DNA from: Paraphysomonas bandaiensis
Taxonomy: Eukaryota > Protista > Chrysophyceae
DNA length: 64,000 bases
Reading direction: 5' to 3'
NCBI GenBank assembly: GCA_965644295.1
Contig: CBFFRP010000287.1
Coordinates: 62,001-126,000, forward strand
The translations under genes were made by a program, and so were the position numbers. Position 1 is the stretch's first letter. Each line of letters begins with the position of its first letter. Positions 37,776-49,396 of this stretch are shown piece by piece. The notes beneath the pieces were generated by a model. It was not told where the DNA came from and made no database searches. It saw only the letters and a list, made by a program, of their open reading frames with translations.

Positions 37776-38520
37776 TTTCTATGTATTCTAGAGATATCTT
37801 TTTTGCATGGAGTACTACTCTGACGATGTAGTTCAATTACTCTCCCTATGTTCTTGTGTACGTTGAGGTAGTTAGTCGTGCTGTGTGGCTGGGTGCGACT
37901 ACGTTTTGAGATCTACGTAAATACTCTCTAGTGGTGTAGTTATTTACAGTTTTGTAGCACAATCACTCTGTAGTTGTCAGATCCTTGCCTTTTAAACTAG
38001 ATGGGAGGAGTACAATTAGTTTGATGTCCTGATAACACCCAATGCTACGAAGATGAAGTTAATATATGAAGCTCAATATATAGATATATAGAATATGCTG
38101 ATGTAGTGTAGCAAAGACTTGCCTATTTACAAAGGATTTGTGCCTCATAATTTAGAAAACTTTTACTAGAAACACAACCAGGGGAGTCTGAGCTTCACCA
38201 AGTGTTATATTGATGAGGTTGATGCCCCCTTAAATGTGGAGAGACATGATAATATACAATATACTCGAGTGTCCACACATAAACATTGCAAGTATCTAAA
38301 ATTAAAGTATATAACCAGATGTTTTGCTCCATTCTTTGTTTTGTAACGTATGAGCAGGGGACACCATAGAAGACCAAGATTGTCGAAACCTATTAAGTTG
38401 CTATATTTATTGGTTAGTACAGAATGCCATATAATATATAATCCAGCCCGCGTAGATATATTGTGTGGTGTGAGATGGTATCTTAGACAGTCACAGTGTG
38501 TAATCAATGGATATAAGAAC

Positions 38521-38632
38521 GACTAGGTTGAATACCAAAGTTGGCTAGGTTGAGTCATTTATTACTTTGACTAGGTTATTCCACCAAAAATAGCGTGACT
38601 AGGTAATTCAACCAATTCGACTAGGTTGAATA
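38521..38632. repeat. Five spaced copies of G[A/G]CTAGGT
   Basis: Motif starts at 38521, 38543, 38569, 38597 and 38619 with unrelated spacers. Confidence 0.7.
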
Positions 38633-38679
38633 GTATTTCCCAAAAAGACAACATCACCATATCCCACTTTAGCTTAGGA

Positions 38680-39085
38680 ATTCCCTCAACAAAGTTGGAC
38701 TCGCACAGTTTCGTGGTGTTCTAAGGGATAAGTACCGGGAATATTTATCTGGGAAACTAACGTAAGTCGCATATACAGTCAGCAGATAACGTTCTGCTCA
38801 ATCATAGCCATATGCTTGTGAGGTACAAGGGACACTAATTAGTGTCGCTTGTGCAGATGTCTTTGAGTCCTGACGAATAAACAGGCATTCGGGTGCTTAC
38901 TGAAGTCAAGTATCGGATTATTCAACTTAAGGACAGAGAGAAAAAGTGGTGGCACCTTGGTGCTTGCGGTGACGCACAGGCAGCTTTCGTAGCGCCAAAG
39001 AGTAGGATATCAGAGTTAAGCACTACTTAGTTAAATTATCTTGCAAAATTACTTCTGAAACTTATACGCCTATTGCTAGTAAACT
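38680..39085 (+). mobile_element. Ribozyme-headed SINE-like element, copy E
   Basis: 14-bp TSD actttagcttagga at 38666-38679 and 39086-39099. Confidence 0.88.
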
Positions 39086-39541
39086 ACTTTAGCTTAGGAT
39101 ATAAATATTGATCAGTCTCTTGCGACGAAGTCCGGTGAAGATTCACAGTCTCTTTAAAATCACGGGCGTTCCTGTTCCCTATAAATAACTGAATTTCTAT
39201 CTAAAAGGTGACTAGTGTAATAAGTCCAATCCCATATTTTATAAATATGATTTACTTCAAGTATATTGACTAGATACAAATATATATATACTCTCTGTCT
39301 CTGGTCTAAATCCTTCTTATAGCATTGAGAACACTAGTGAATATAGACGGAAACTCGAAATTGCAGATATCATGACTAATATAGCAGCTGAACTTGAACA
39401 AAGCATTCATGCGTGAACTTGCATAGTAATATGATATACGTAATATATATTACCATATCACGACATAAAAACGAGGCTTGAATATACAATATCTTTTCAT
39501 TACATCACAACTGGAATATAGTAGTCAACAATGCACAGTTT

Positions 39542-40111
39542 TCACAGCCCGAATTCAGAAAAAAAATCAGGAGCAGTTGTGACTGCAGGCATACTTCCTA
39601 AATCTAATAAATCTAAATCTGTATCTGAATTGTCAAAGCTAATTAAATCTTGTTCTGCAATTTTAGCATCCGCTGCCTGCGATATCGTTGCAGCTTCGGA
39701 CTGGCGAGGTGAAAATTTCAGTAACTCGTACTTATCGCGAATAAATTCTCTCCACACCTCATCACTTGCTTCGGCTGAAGGACGATTATTATCTCCTCCG
39801 TATAAATCTCGAGCTTTGGCGTTTCCTTTCAATCGCATCTGCTCGAGTTCATCGGGGCCCCAGAGATAGGTTCCAGTACATCCCTTGGGAACAGAGATAT
39901 GAGTACCCAATCCTCTGTGGAGGGCCCCACAACGTAAACAAAGAAACACCCCTAAGTTTACAGATGCCCAAACTGTCCCTTCCGAAGCACAGTCAGCACA
40001 TAAGCGATTCTCTGGGAGTTTCCGCAGTTTGTTTAGTTCAGCTTTGAAGGTGCGTTCGTTCTGCTCAATATAAGATTTCTTATATTCGTGACCTAGCTTA
40101 GATTTCCACAT
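39542..40111 (-). CDS. ArfGAP (SMAP/AGFG-like), intronless
   Basis: PENRLCADC..WASVNLGVFLCLRCGALHRGLGTHIS..GNAKAR..FIRDKYE; clathrin-box-like DLISFD and DLLDL. Confidence 0.88.
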   Translation of the reverse strand: MWKSKLGHEYKKSYIEQNERTFKAELNKLRKLPENRLCADCASEGTVWASVNLGVFLCLRCGALHRGLGTHISVPKGCTGTYLWGPDELEQMRLKGNAKARDLYGGDNNRPSAEASDEVWREFIRDKYELLKFSPRQSEAATISQAADAKIAEQDLISFDNSDTDLDLLDLGSMPAVTTAPDFFSEFGL

Positions 40112-41338
40112 GTTAGTAAGAATCTTGATATTTAGATGTAATATATGAGCACAAATCGTTATCAATTTATGTGTGATTGAGACAATGGATGAGCGGTTGA
40201 GTGCAGTGTGGCGTCACAGTTCTGTGAATATCATGGGAAATTTCACCATATAAGATAATTCTACCCAATGAAATATCGTGTAGCTAATATAATTCGTCAA
40301 ATTTGAAGGTGGTTTTTTTGCACCAAATTTTCGAGGGTGAAATTACAGATACCGGAGTTTTTGTATAATCTACAGCAAAAAGTGTACCTTGTTGGTCTGT
40401 TGGTTGCATCCCTCGACGCATTGTCGTGCACAGAGTTGAAGTTGCTCTCATAGTATCTTGCACCATACATAGATACCATACCAGTATTGTCACAGCTTGC
40501 CGGACAATAATGCCACACCACTTGGTGCAAGGAATTCCAAGAAGCACAGTAAGTAGTGAGAGCATATGCAAAGTATACTCTTACGAATTTGGTTGACGGT
40601 TTCGTGAATGCATATGATTTCTGTCAATGATGTCATACAGGACTGGCGAATATTACGTGGGACCGCTAAATGTCTGTCCTGGCATTTGGATGAGTACTTA
40701 GACAGTTGTCGTTGTCAAATTCGTCTCCATATAGAACTGTATGTCACTCGCTCAACAACATGATTAAGATGACTCTCCATGACAACCATATGTGCCAATG
40801 TTGTCGAATGGATAATCTGAACAATGCAAATCAAATGGAGTACTCTGTCAGTGTGGCGAACGATCGTCGTCGAGTTTTTTTTCCAATCCTCGGTTATAGC
40901 ATCTTAAGAGAATTATTCATGAGTAACTTGTACTAATACGGTACTAACACGATTGTATGCTTATTAGAAAGGATACCAATCGTGTTCTATTTTCTATGTT
41001 CGTAGTCGTTACTCTTTCGGAATGACACCATTAGTCAATGCTGCTTTATCGAAGGTACGAAAGAATCGCACAATTTATAATTTAAATTGTTAATAAAATG
41101 AATCCCAACATCTTTACAATACAAAAATATAGCAATAAATTATTATTATAGCGTGAACAACCGCCTTCTAAATCTGATTTGTTACAATTTGATACTACTA
41201 TATTAATAACTGGTAAACTAATCGAAAAACGTATAGGTCTGCTTACTCTTCCGTGAGGGTTAGTGGTATAAGAACCCTTTGTGTGATTAGTAAACGATAA
41301 TATTAAACGCATTATAAAATATGGAAGAATTAAAAGTC

Positions 41339-41520
41339 CTATTATTAGCAATAGGCGTTAAAAATTTGCACCAGATTAGTAGCTAGATGGACAAACAAGT
41401 CAAGCTAGATAAGCATCTACCATATACCATTTACTAACTAATGTAAACTCTTATATCCTACTATTTAACGCTACGAGAATTGCTTGTGCATCGCCGCAAG
41501 CACCAAGGTGCAACCATTCT
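41339..41520 (-). mobile_element. 5'-truncated SINE-like element, copy F
   Basis: Reverse complement of the element 3' half (gcaccttggtgcttgcgg...ttaaatagtagg...gcctattgctaataat), closest to copy B. Confidence 0.75.
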
Positions 41521-42489
41521 TACTATATGATAGATGTGTATGTAGGGACGATGTACAACGTGCAGCATGACAAGTGAAAGCAGTGATATAAGTCAACTAC
41601 TACCACACGGGAAACGTGTACATATATTTTGTGCAATTTGCATCTGGGACTGCCTTATGTGCCTCACGGTAACCAGGGGAAACAGCAATATAACCTTTTG
41701 AGTTTGGCAATCTGGTGGCCTTCCCTTAGGCATTGTGGCTCGGAGGTATGTAGAGATGATGGTCTTGCAAAAGGTGTTGACCTACTGTGAAAAAGCGTCG
41801 GAATCGACTCTTTTGCTGACTTAGCCAGTAGCAGAGAACATATGGAAGAGAGTGAGTAGTTGGACACCAGTGGAATACGCGGGTTCTCTGGTGTATCCGA
41901 GAAGATTTACTTTTTCAAACAATAACAGGTTACATGACATTGGATATTAATTATTAATAAAAGTATGCTTATTGTTTACACAATTGAAAAAGGTTGAGGC
42001 ATTAACAAGATTCTGAGAATAAGTTTACATCACCAAAATTCAGTGCTCTATCTTCATTAATACTTCATAATGCGTTTAGGAATATTAAACATGAGATCTC
42101 TAACGCAGAAACAATAAAATATACATTTATCCTAGCATTCTGTTAGTATTTGGTTTCAACCTGTAAACTTTAGTGTCTGTTGAATTATCCTTGACCGTGA
42201 GGTTTGATGTAAAACACCTTTACTTTTTAGCATTCTACTTGTAAAAAGACGACGATTTTATACAATATGAGTTGCCGAATACTAAATTGTATGAAGTTAT
42301 TACACTGAAGTAATCTACATATGCTCTCGTTAGATGGCTACATTCTAGTTCTATGACTATATCACAGTAATAAAGCATAATGCTCCCATGAGGATAATGC
42401 AACTCTACAATGAAGTCCAGTTCTTCTTGGTATAAGAAGTGCACAATAAAATACTACATCAAAACTTCGAAGATGTATGAAACATAACT

Positions 42490-45024
42490 TTAATAACCTG
42501 AAATAGCTTTAACATTCGCTTGTACGCCACCTTTTGACCAAAACTCGTTTCCACTCAAAAAGTCTGGTCTCACTATTTTACCTCTATTCTCAAGCCACTG
42601 CGCATCTGCATCATTTGCCCTAATGTATACTCCTTCTACTGGTCCATCATAAAATATTGACGGCGAATTTACGAGGGCTCTAAGCTCTTCCATAGAACGA
42701 AAACTTTTGTGTGCAATTATTGGAATCAACGGCAGTGTGCATTGCTCCTTCTCAAGGTGGGCTTGCAATCGAGGTCGACTCCAGAACTTCTGTTCCAACC
42801 GATCATACAAGTCAAATATCACAAACCAGTCAGGCAGTCGCGTGTAGTGTATTGAATGGCGAGCATAAACCCACTCCCCGTAGAGAATATAACGATCAGA
42901 CTCGAGAACTCGCCAGAGCTCGTCTCCATGCTTGTGAAGCCATTTATCCAGATGTTTGAATTGCGCATGGTACTCAGAGGTAACAAAGTGGCTCCTATTC
43001 TGAGCACAGAGTCTACCGTTTCGAATACATAATCCCATATTAGCTCCATCAATTTTCTCCTCCACAAACACTTCTCGATTTAGAAACTTATCGGTCACTT
43101 CTCCTGTAGTCATTATCAAATCATCTCGTGTAGCGGATCCCAGATTGACAACATGTCGTGTACGAGGAAATTTAATAAGTCCTTCTTCCTCTGGAATAGT
43201 ACTAACAGGTGTGATATTACATCCCCACTCTCGCAATAGCGCATTGCAATCCTCAAAACTACTCACAGTGAGAACTTTATCGAATCCTTCCTCGACTGTC
43301 GGTTCTTCCAATGTTCCCGCAAGGCTGTCGATAATCCTTCCCCCTCCCCCCTGGCGAATGGTTGGATGTCCACATCGCCTAACGATTCTCCATCGGCACT
43401 CTTCTACAGACGCAGTAAACAGTACAGCCCATGCCTTGCGTTGATGTGCCAGAGCAAGCCACTCTTTTCTCTCTGTACGTGTGAGATTGCATCGATCCAA
43501 TATAACAGTGTGACCTCTGCGCTTGGACAGTAATCCAACTTTTTCTTCACAGTCTCTTCTACTAGACTCGTCCTGATTTGCGCGGTGAATATGATTCGGA
43601 TAGCACCGAGACAGTGCATCTGCAAAGGTTGATTTGCCACTGGACGGGTATCCCACTAGTATAATGACAGGAGGGAGTTTGAGTCCTGGTGGAGGCATGC
43701 AGTTATTCGTTGCAGTATTGTACTCTATCGCTGCTTGCTTTAAACATACTTCATACCAGTCACTCAAAAAGCTCTCCTGAGAAGAGCTTAGGATAGTTTT
43801 TCTGTGCTGAAGGCGGGAGATAGCGTCTACTCTCGAAATCGACTCACTCCACATTAAGCGGGCTACAAGTGCTGTAGCGGTTCGGCCAACCCCTCCTTGA
43901 CAGTGAATGCAAACAGATCCTACAGCATTCTCACATACTCTCATGATATCCTGCATTTGGGTAATAGTAGGAGGTGTACGGTCAACGACGTCGTAGAAAT
44001 GGTAGGCTAGTGGTAGATTACTGTAGATTCTGGGTAGAATTGGGTCCTCCATCAGAGTAATAACATCTGTGACCCCAACCGCAACCAAAGACTCGAAATA
44101 CTCCCGTCTATCCAAAATAGATGATCCACAGAGATTACTCGAGACGAAGCTGAAATTACGAGGCATATCTTTGTACGTGATGTCATATCGACCATCTTGG
44201 ACTATTTGGGTACTTGTGTAAAGACGTCTCAAACGATGGAACGGTTTCATACTGGTTATATTGTAATTCAGTGCACTACACACCAACTCCCCATAATCGG
44301 TCCTATCATTGGAAACATCATTTTCTGGAGGTAGGATTTTGCAGGAACCGGGACAGTCTGAAACCACTTGCTCCAAAATATCGTAACACACCTGCTTATC
44401 ACCGTGCTGTTCACACGCATACTTCGCCACATAGAATGCACCAAACAGATACCCCTCGTGCATTGCAAACTCTGCCATACTAGTATAGTGCAGTCGACCT
44501 CGCACAATGGCGCTACTAGGTGCAGAAAGAATCATTTCGATTGCCCTGCACAACTGCAATCTACAGTCACGTGGAGGGATGACTAGAGTGGAGAAATCCT
44601 TCCTCTCCTCATGACAATCACCACTATTGCTGAATCCGAGTGTTATATGAAAATCACACGGCCCAAGGCCATAGTTTCGTCGCAGTTTCTGAAGCTTTGG
44701 CGAGTAAATAACGACATGATGTGTGTCTTTAGTCGTTTCACCGACCCCCAAATCTATTAACTTAACCTGATGGACCGTCTCGTTAAGAATATCCACTGAA
44801 ACAGAAGGGATTTTCTTGAATTCCTGAGAGAAAATAACTGTTAAGTGGTGATTCTTTCCATCTCGAGTCAGTCGATTCATCCGGTGTGAAGCATATTTGT
44901 CGCTATCATCATATCCATGCACCCATTTCTCTGCTATTTCATCTATCTCTTGACCAAACAACGCTAAGCTACCTCGATGTTGCACGAAATGTAGTCTGCA
45001 ATTATCTGGGCGTGATTTATCCAT
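42490..45024 (-). CDS. Multidomain RNA end-healing/sealing protein: 2H phosphoesterase + DSP/PTP phosphatase + P-loop kinase + ATP-dependent RNA ligase ('Swiss Army Knife'-type)
   Basis: Intronless ORF, first ATG at 45024 (844 aa). Motifs HHLTV and FHITLG, HCQGGVGRT, GYPSSGKS..DRCNL, and KFPRTRH, EEKIDGAN, LYGEW, FDLYD, EGVYIR, RGKIVR. Confidence 0.88.
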   Translation of the reverse strand: MDKSRPDNCRLHFVQHRGSLALFGQEIDEIAEKWVHGYDDSDKYASHRMNRLTRDGKNHHLTVIFSQEFKKIPSVSVDILNETVHQVKLIDLGVGETTKDTHHVVIYSPKLQKLRRNYGLGPCDFHITLGFSNSGDCHEERKDFSTLVIPPRDCRLQLCRAIEMILSAPSSAIVRGRLHYTSMAEFAMHEGYLFGAFYVAKYACEQHGDKQVCYDILEQVVSDCPGSCKILPPENDVSNDRTDYGELVCSALNYNITSMKPFHRLRRLYTSTQIVQDGRYDITYKDMPRNFSFVSSNLCGSSILDRREYFESLVAVGVTDVITLMEDPILPRIYSNLPLAYHFYDVVDRTPPTITQMQDIMRVCENAVGSVCIHCQGGVGRTATALVARLMWSESISRVDAISRLQHRKTILSSSQESFLSDWYEVCLKQAAIEYNTATNNCMPPPGLKLPPVIILVGYPSSGKSTFADALSRCYPNHIHRANQDESSRRDCEEKVGLLSKRRGHTVILDRCNLTRTERKEWLALAHQRKAWAVLFTASVEECRWRIVRRCGHPTIRQGGGGRIIDSLAGTLEEPTVEEGFDKVLTVSSFEDCNALLREWGCNITPVSTIPEEEGLIKFPRTRHVVNLGSATRDDLIMTTGEVTDKFLNREVFVEEKIDGANMGLCIRNGRLCAQNRSHFVTSEYHAQFKHLDKWLHKHGDELWRVLESDRYILYGEWVYARHSIHYTRLPDWFVIFDLYDRLEQKFWSRPRLQAHLEKEQCTLPLIPIIAHKSFRSMEELRALVNSPSIFYDGPVEGVYIRANDADAQWLENRGKIVRPDFLSGNEFWSKGGVQANVKAISGY

Positions 45025-45637
45025 AATGTAACGGTGCAACTTAAGATATGATGTCTCTTGAACTTGAATATGAAGGACAAAAGAAATGGTTTTACTGTTG
45101 GAGTCTCGTAGCCGCAGAGTGTCTGTTTCTATCAAACCGACAGGAAAACTCCTGTGGAAATTTTCGCAACACACACACAAGCTTCAGTTTTTATGACACA
45201 TCATTTTAGGTGTAAAATTCCACTGGTCTTGAAAAACTGCAGGTATTAAGCCAAAATTAAGGTCCAGGTATAAAAAGGTCAATTTTATAGAACATCCATA
45301 CTCCGCTGTATATTATTGACAATACATTTCCCAAAATTCTATATTTTGTGTGTAAACTACTCACATAAAACTAAAATATCTCACAATTCCAGAAAATAGT
45401 AGCGCTTTTCTTTCCCAATATCTGAATTTATTCATATCTCATGGATATTCATATATAAAGATAGGTATTTCCAAGATGTTCCGTTTCCTCCAATCACACA
45501 CATGGAATGATGTGGACATACAATCTAAACATATGGAACCTCAGGCATGATGGCAATGAAGAATCTCATCATATATGCACAGTGTATAGATCACAATTAC
45601 TGTTATCATAGTTAGTTATAGGAGTATTAGAATACTA

Positions 45638-48637
45638 ATGGAGATGGACTGTGGAGAAGATAGTAGCTCTTCTATTCGGAATTATGAGAAGTTAACCTCT
45701 GCTAGTGGTGATGGGGGATGGCTCGCAGATGCAGATAGTAATATAGGTCTAGGGATAGATGATGATGAGACTGGGGACCTTGCTCTTAACCCTGTTAACA
45801 TACATCGTCGGGAAACAGCTCATGAGTTCGAAGCAGGACCACATGCAGATTTTTATGATGGGAAAAGTCCAACCAAACGACCATCAATGGCCGATCTGCT
45901 TGAGAAGGGAGAGAACTATGGGACAGTCGATGAGCCATTAAAGAATTTGCTTGAACGCGTTCAGCCTTCATCTCAAGTTGGATACAAGTTTGGATGGATA
46001 GAAGGTGTATTTATTCGATGCACGTTAAGTATATTTGGTGTGGTTATGTTCTTGAGACTCAATTGGGTCATGGTGAGAAAACTGCGGGTGATTTCCTAAC
46101 TTCATCCTAACAGCGTTATTCTAAGGCACAAGCTGGACTTGGAGGTGGATTAATGGTGATAATTTATTCGACAACTGTTACTGGTATTACAACGACGTCG
46201 CTCTCGGCTATTTCAACTAACGGGCGACTACCTGCTGGTGGTATTTACTACATGGTAAGTCGTCAGCTTGGCTCCGATATCGGCGTCGTTGTAGGAGCAA
46301 CACTTTTTATTGCTCAGTCGTTTGCAGTGGCCATGAATTTAGTTGGTGTGGCAGAGTCTGTCGTCAACCTGCAGTCTGAATACATGATCGACAAGGAATG
46401 GGACGGAAAGATATTCGCTCTCATTGGACTCTTACTTGTACTCTTTGTTGCATTCAACGGAGCCCAACTCGAAATTCACCTTCAGAAATTTCTATTCTTT
46501 GTGATGTCACTTGCGCTTCTGAATTTTTTTATAGGAGTTCTAGTCCAGAAAAAAGACGACGACTTCGGTAGTACTGGTATTAGTTCCAAGTCTCTAAATG
46601 ACAATAGTGACCCCAATTATTCCTCGGGGGAGTCATGGGTGACTGTGTTTGGGGTGTTCTTTCCTGCAGGTTAGTGGAATGTAGTTCAAAATATACGAGT
46701 TACGTGATTTGTGCTTACGTATTCAGTGACGGGCATTGTAGCTGGCTCCAGTATATCTGGAGATCTCGCGAATCCATCCGAAGCCATACCAAAGGGAACT
46801 TTTCTTGCCGTAGCTGTAACAACGTTTGTTTACTTACTGATGGCAGTTCTTCTCGCTGCTAGTTTTAATCCAGAAGGTCTGGCAAATATATCCACACAAA
46901 TCGATGCCATCGATATATCACTTATACCTGCTATCGGAACTGCTGGAATATTTGCTGCAGGGCTGTCATCCGCACTGGCATTGATCGTTGGTGCTCCCAG
47001 AGTACTTATGGCCCTCGCTCGAGACGATTTACTTGAAGTATTGGAACCTCTCAAGAAAGGGTATACTGCAAAAGACGAGCCTCTCAGAGGCTATGTGTTT
47101 GTATTAATCATCGCGATATTAGCAATTCTCTTTTTGGATCTCAATGCCGTGAACCCCATTGTGACAAACTTCTACCTATTACAATACTGTGTTGTAAATT
47201 ATGCTGTTGCATCAGCTGAATTTTCTAAAACCCCTGGTTGGCGCCCATCATTCAAGTACTATCATGCTTATTTGTCTGTACTCGGCTGCATTTTGTGTGC
47301 TGCTAGTATGTTTATGGTGAGAGGTTTTCTATTTGTACAATATCCAGTTGTAACAATGGTCTAGGTTGATTACATCACCGCATTCGTCACGTTTGTTGTT
47401 GCTGCGTTTTTATTCAATTATGTGAGATATTTTCGACAGCCTGACGTGAACTGGGGTGAAAGTTCACAAGCAGCCCGACACATGAAGGCAGTGCGTGCGA
47501 TGTACGAATTAGAGGGTATACGATGTGCATCGTGCTGTTGTGTAAATAATATGGAATGCTGTCAGATACCAAAGCGCATGTGAAGAACTTTCGTCCCCAA
47601 TACTTGGTTTTGACTGGAGACCTCAGGAAGTCTCCTGACTTAGTGATTGCAATGCAACTGCTCAGGAAATCACATGGTGTCATGATAGCTGGGCATGTAA
47701 GTAAACATGTACAGTGCTAAGTTTTGCGGCATTAATATTTTCATGGAAATAGGTAATCCCTGGGAATATACAAGATGATCATGATGAGTATATGCGCGTA
47801 TTAAACAGTAATACTCTGAAGGATTTGAATGTAAAGGGGTTCAATAGTGTGGTAATGTCGCCTAATTTACTTAACGGAGTTCACGCTTTGCTACAAATCT
47901 CTGGCCTTGGTAAACTTCGGGCGAATACTGTTGTTATTGGCTTCAAGCGATCCTGGAGACAAGCTTCTGAGGAAAGCGTAAGTGTTGAATTTCTTTACAA
48001 TCTCTAGCTGCAGTCATTATATACTACTCAGAATGTGGAATACATTGAAATTATTCGGTCGTGTATGGTCACCAAGCACGGAGTAGCGGTGGTGCGCAAC
48101 TTGACTATTGACTATCGAGTTGTAGACAACAGTACACGTACGACTATTGATGTGTGGTGGCTCGTGGAGGACGGTGGTTTAACTCTTCTCATTGCCTACC
48201 TGCTCTCTCGACATCAGGTATTCCGTAGTCGCAACACTGTTCTACGTGTCTTCTCTGTTGCTGAACCGGAAGACATTTACTCAGAGAAGAGTCGACTACA
48301 AAGCCTAATGGACCTTTTTCGCATTGACGCCCTTGTTCAAGTTGTTTCGAATATGGATATTGATGTATCCAACTCCACCAAGTTACAGTTCAAGGAGTAT
48401 TCTAGCTTGTCCGAAGATGAAATCGAGCGAAGCAGCCGCATCACGTACTTCATGAAACTTTCAGAGCAGATGAAAATTCACTCTGGTGCGGCATCTCTTG
48501 TTGTAGCTTCGCTTCCAGTGCCGCGCATGAGAGTTCCCACGAAGGAATATTTTGCCTACTTGGAGATGCTTACAGACGGACGACCAACATTTCTGATACG
48601 TGGAAATCAAGAGACTGTATTGACGTACTACTCATAG
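45638..48637 (+). CDS. SLC12 cation-chloride cotransporter (NKCC/CCC-like), spliced
   Basis: KFGWIEGVFIRC..FGVVMFLRL, SLSAISTNG..GGIYYMVSR, VFGVFFPA|VTGI.AG..ISGDL..PSEAIPKGT, PGWRPSFKYY, KNFRPQ, IDVWWLVEDGGL and IRGNQETVLTYYS. Confidence 0.92.
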
Positions 48638-49396
48638 ACTTACTTGTGCACGAATATTCTTCTGAGAAATCTGTAGACTGAGCAGGTTGCGATATACCAC
48701 GATTATAAAGCGTGAGTTGTGAGATTTAAATTAATTCTAATTTTGATACCACTCACTGTTGACACACTGATGTTGAAGTTGTTCGCATACGCTCCAATGA
48801 TCCAGGATTCGCAATGATAACGTCAGAAAAGTAATTAACTAATAATAACGCTTTATATCGTGAGTCATTGTTAACTACTATAATAGTAAGAATGCAAGTA
48901 ACAATGTAATATGCTTTTAAAAATCAATTTCAGATATATTCCATAAGCAACACCTGCTCATTCTGACAGCTGACAGTCATCTGAAATATTAAATTTCTGC
49001 AGAGTATGCTGATTGCTGATATACGGAATTTAGTACCAACACGCGAAACATTGGCATGATATTTTGGTTCATTTCTGCAAAAGTGTTGACTATGTTTTGC
49101 TGGCACCAACTCAACATTATTTCATCATCTAGTTTAAGACACATCTTGTCTTATAGTCAGACGATCTCGTTAATATCGTCACTGAAAGAGGTTAAAAAAT
49201 TACCCCATTCTGTATGAATTTACTTCCTTGTTGCTTATATGATCAGTGGCCTTGTAAAGTTTCGTACAACATATCGTATTATAATATAGCATTTCGGAAT
49301 AATAGTTATAAGTAGTAAAATTTCATATGCATACAAAACGAACTCTATCTTCTCAATCTAATTTCGTCCTACTTTTTATCTAAAGAACAATAATGA

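Noticed and set aside
38521-38632. CRISPR-like appearance
   Set aside because: Repeats are only 8-14 nt and degenerate, the context is eukaryotic, and there are no cas genes.
38680-39085. Minus-strand resemblance to IscB omega/HEARO RNA (ctacg..acacccggatgc..catttggc)
   Set aside because: Only short word matches. Variable TSDs, a 3' tail and the plus-strand HDV fold fit retroposition, and there is no IscB/TnpB/Fanzor ORF in the window.
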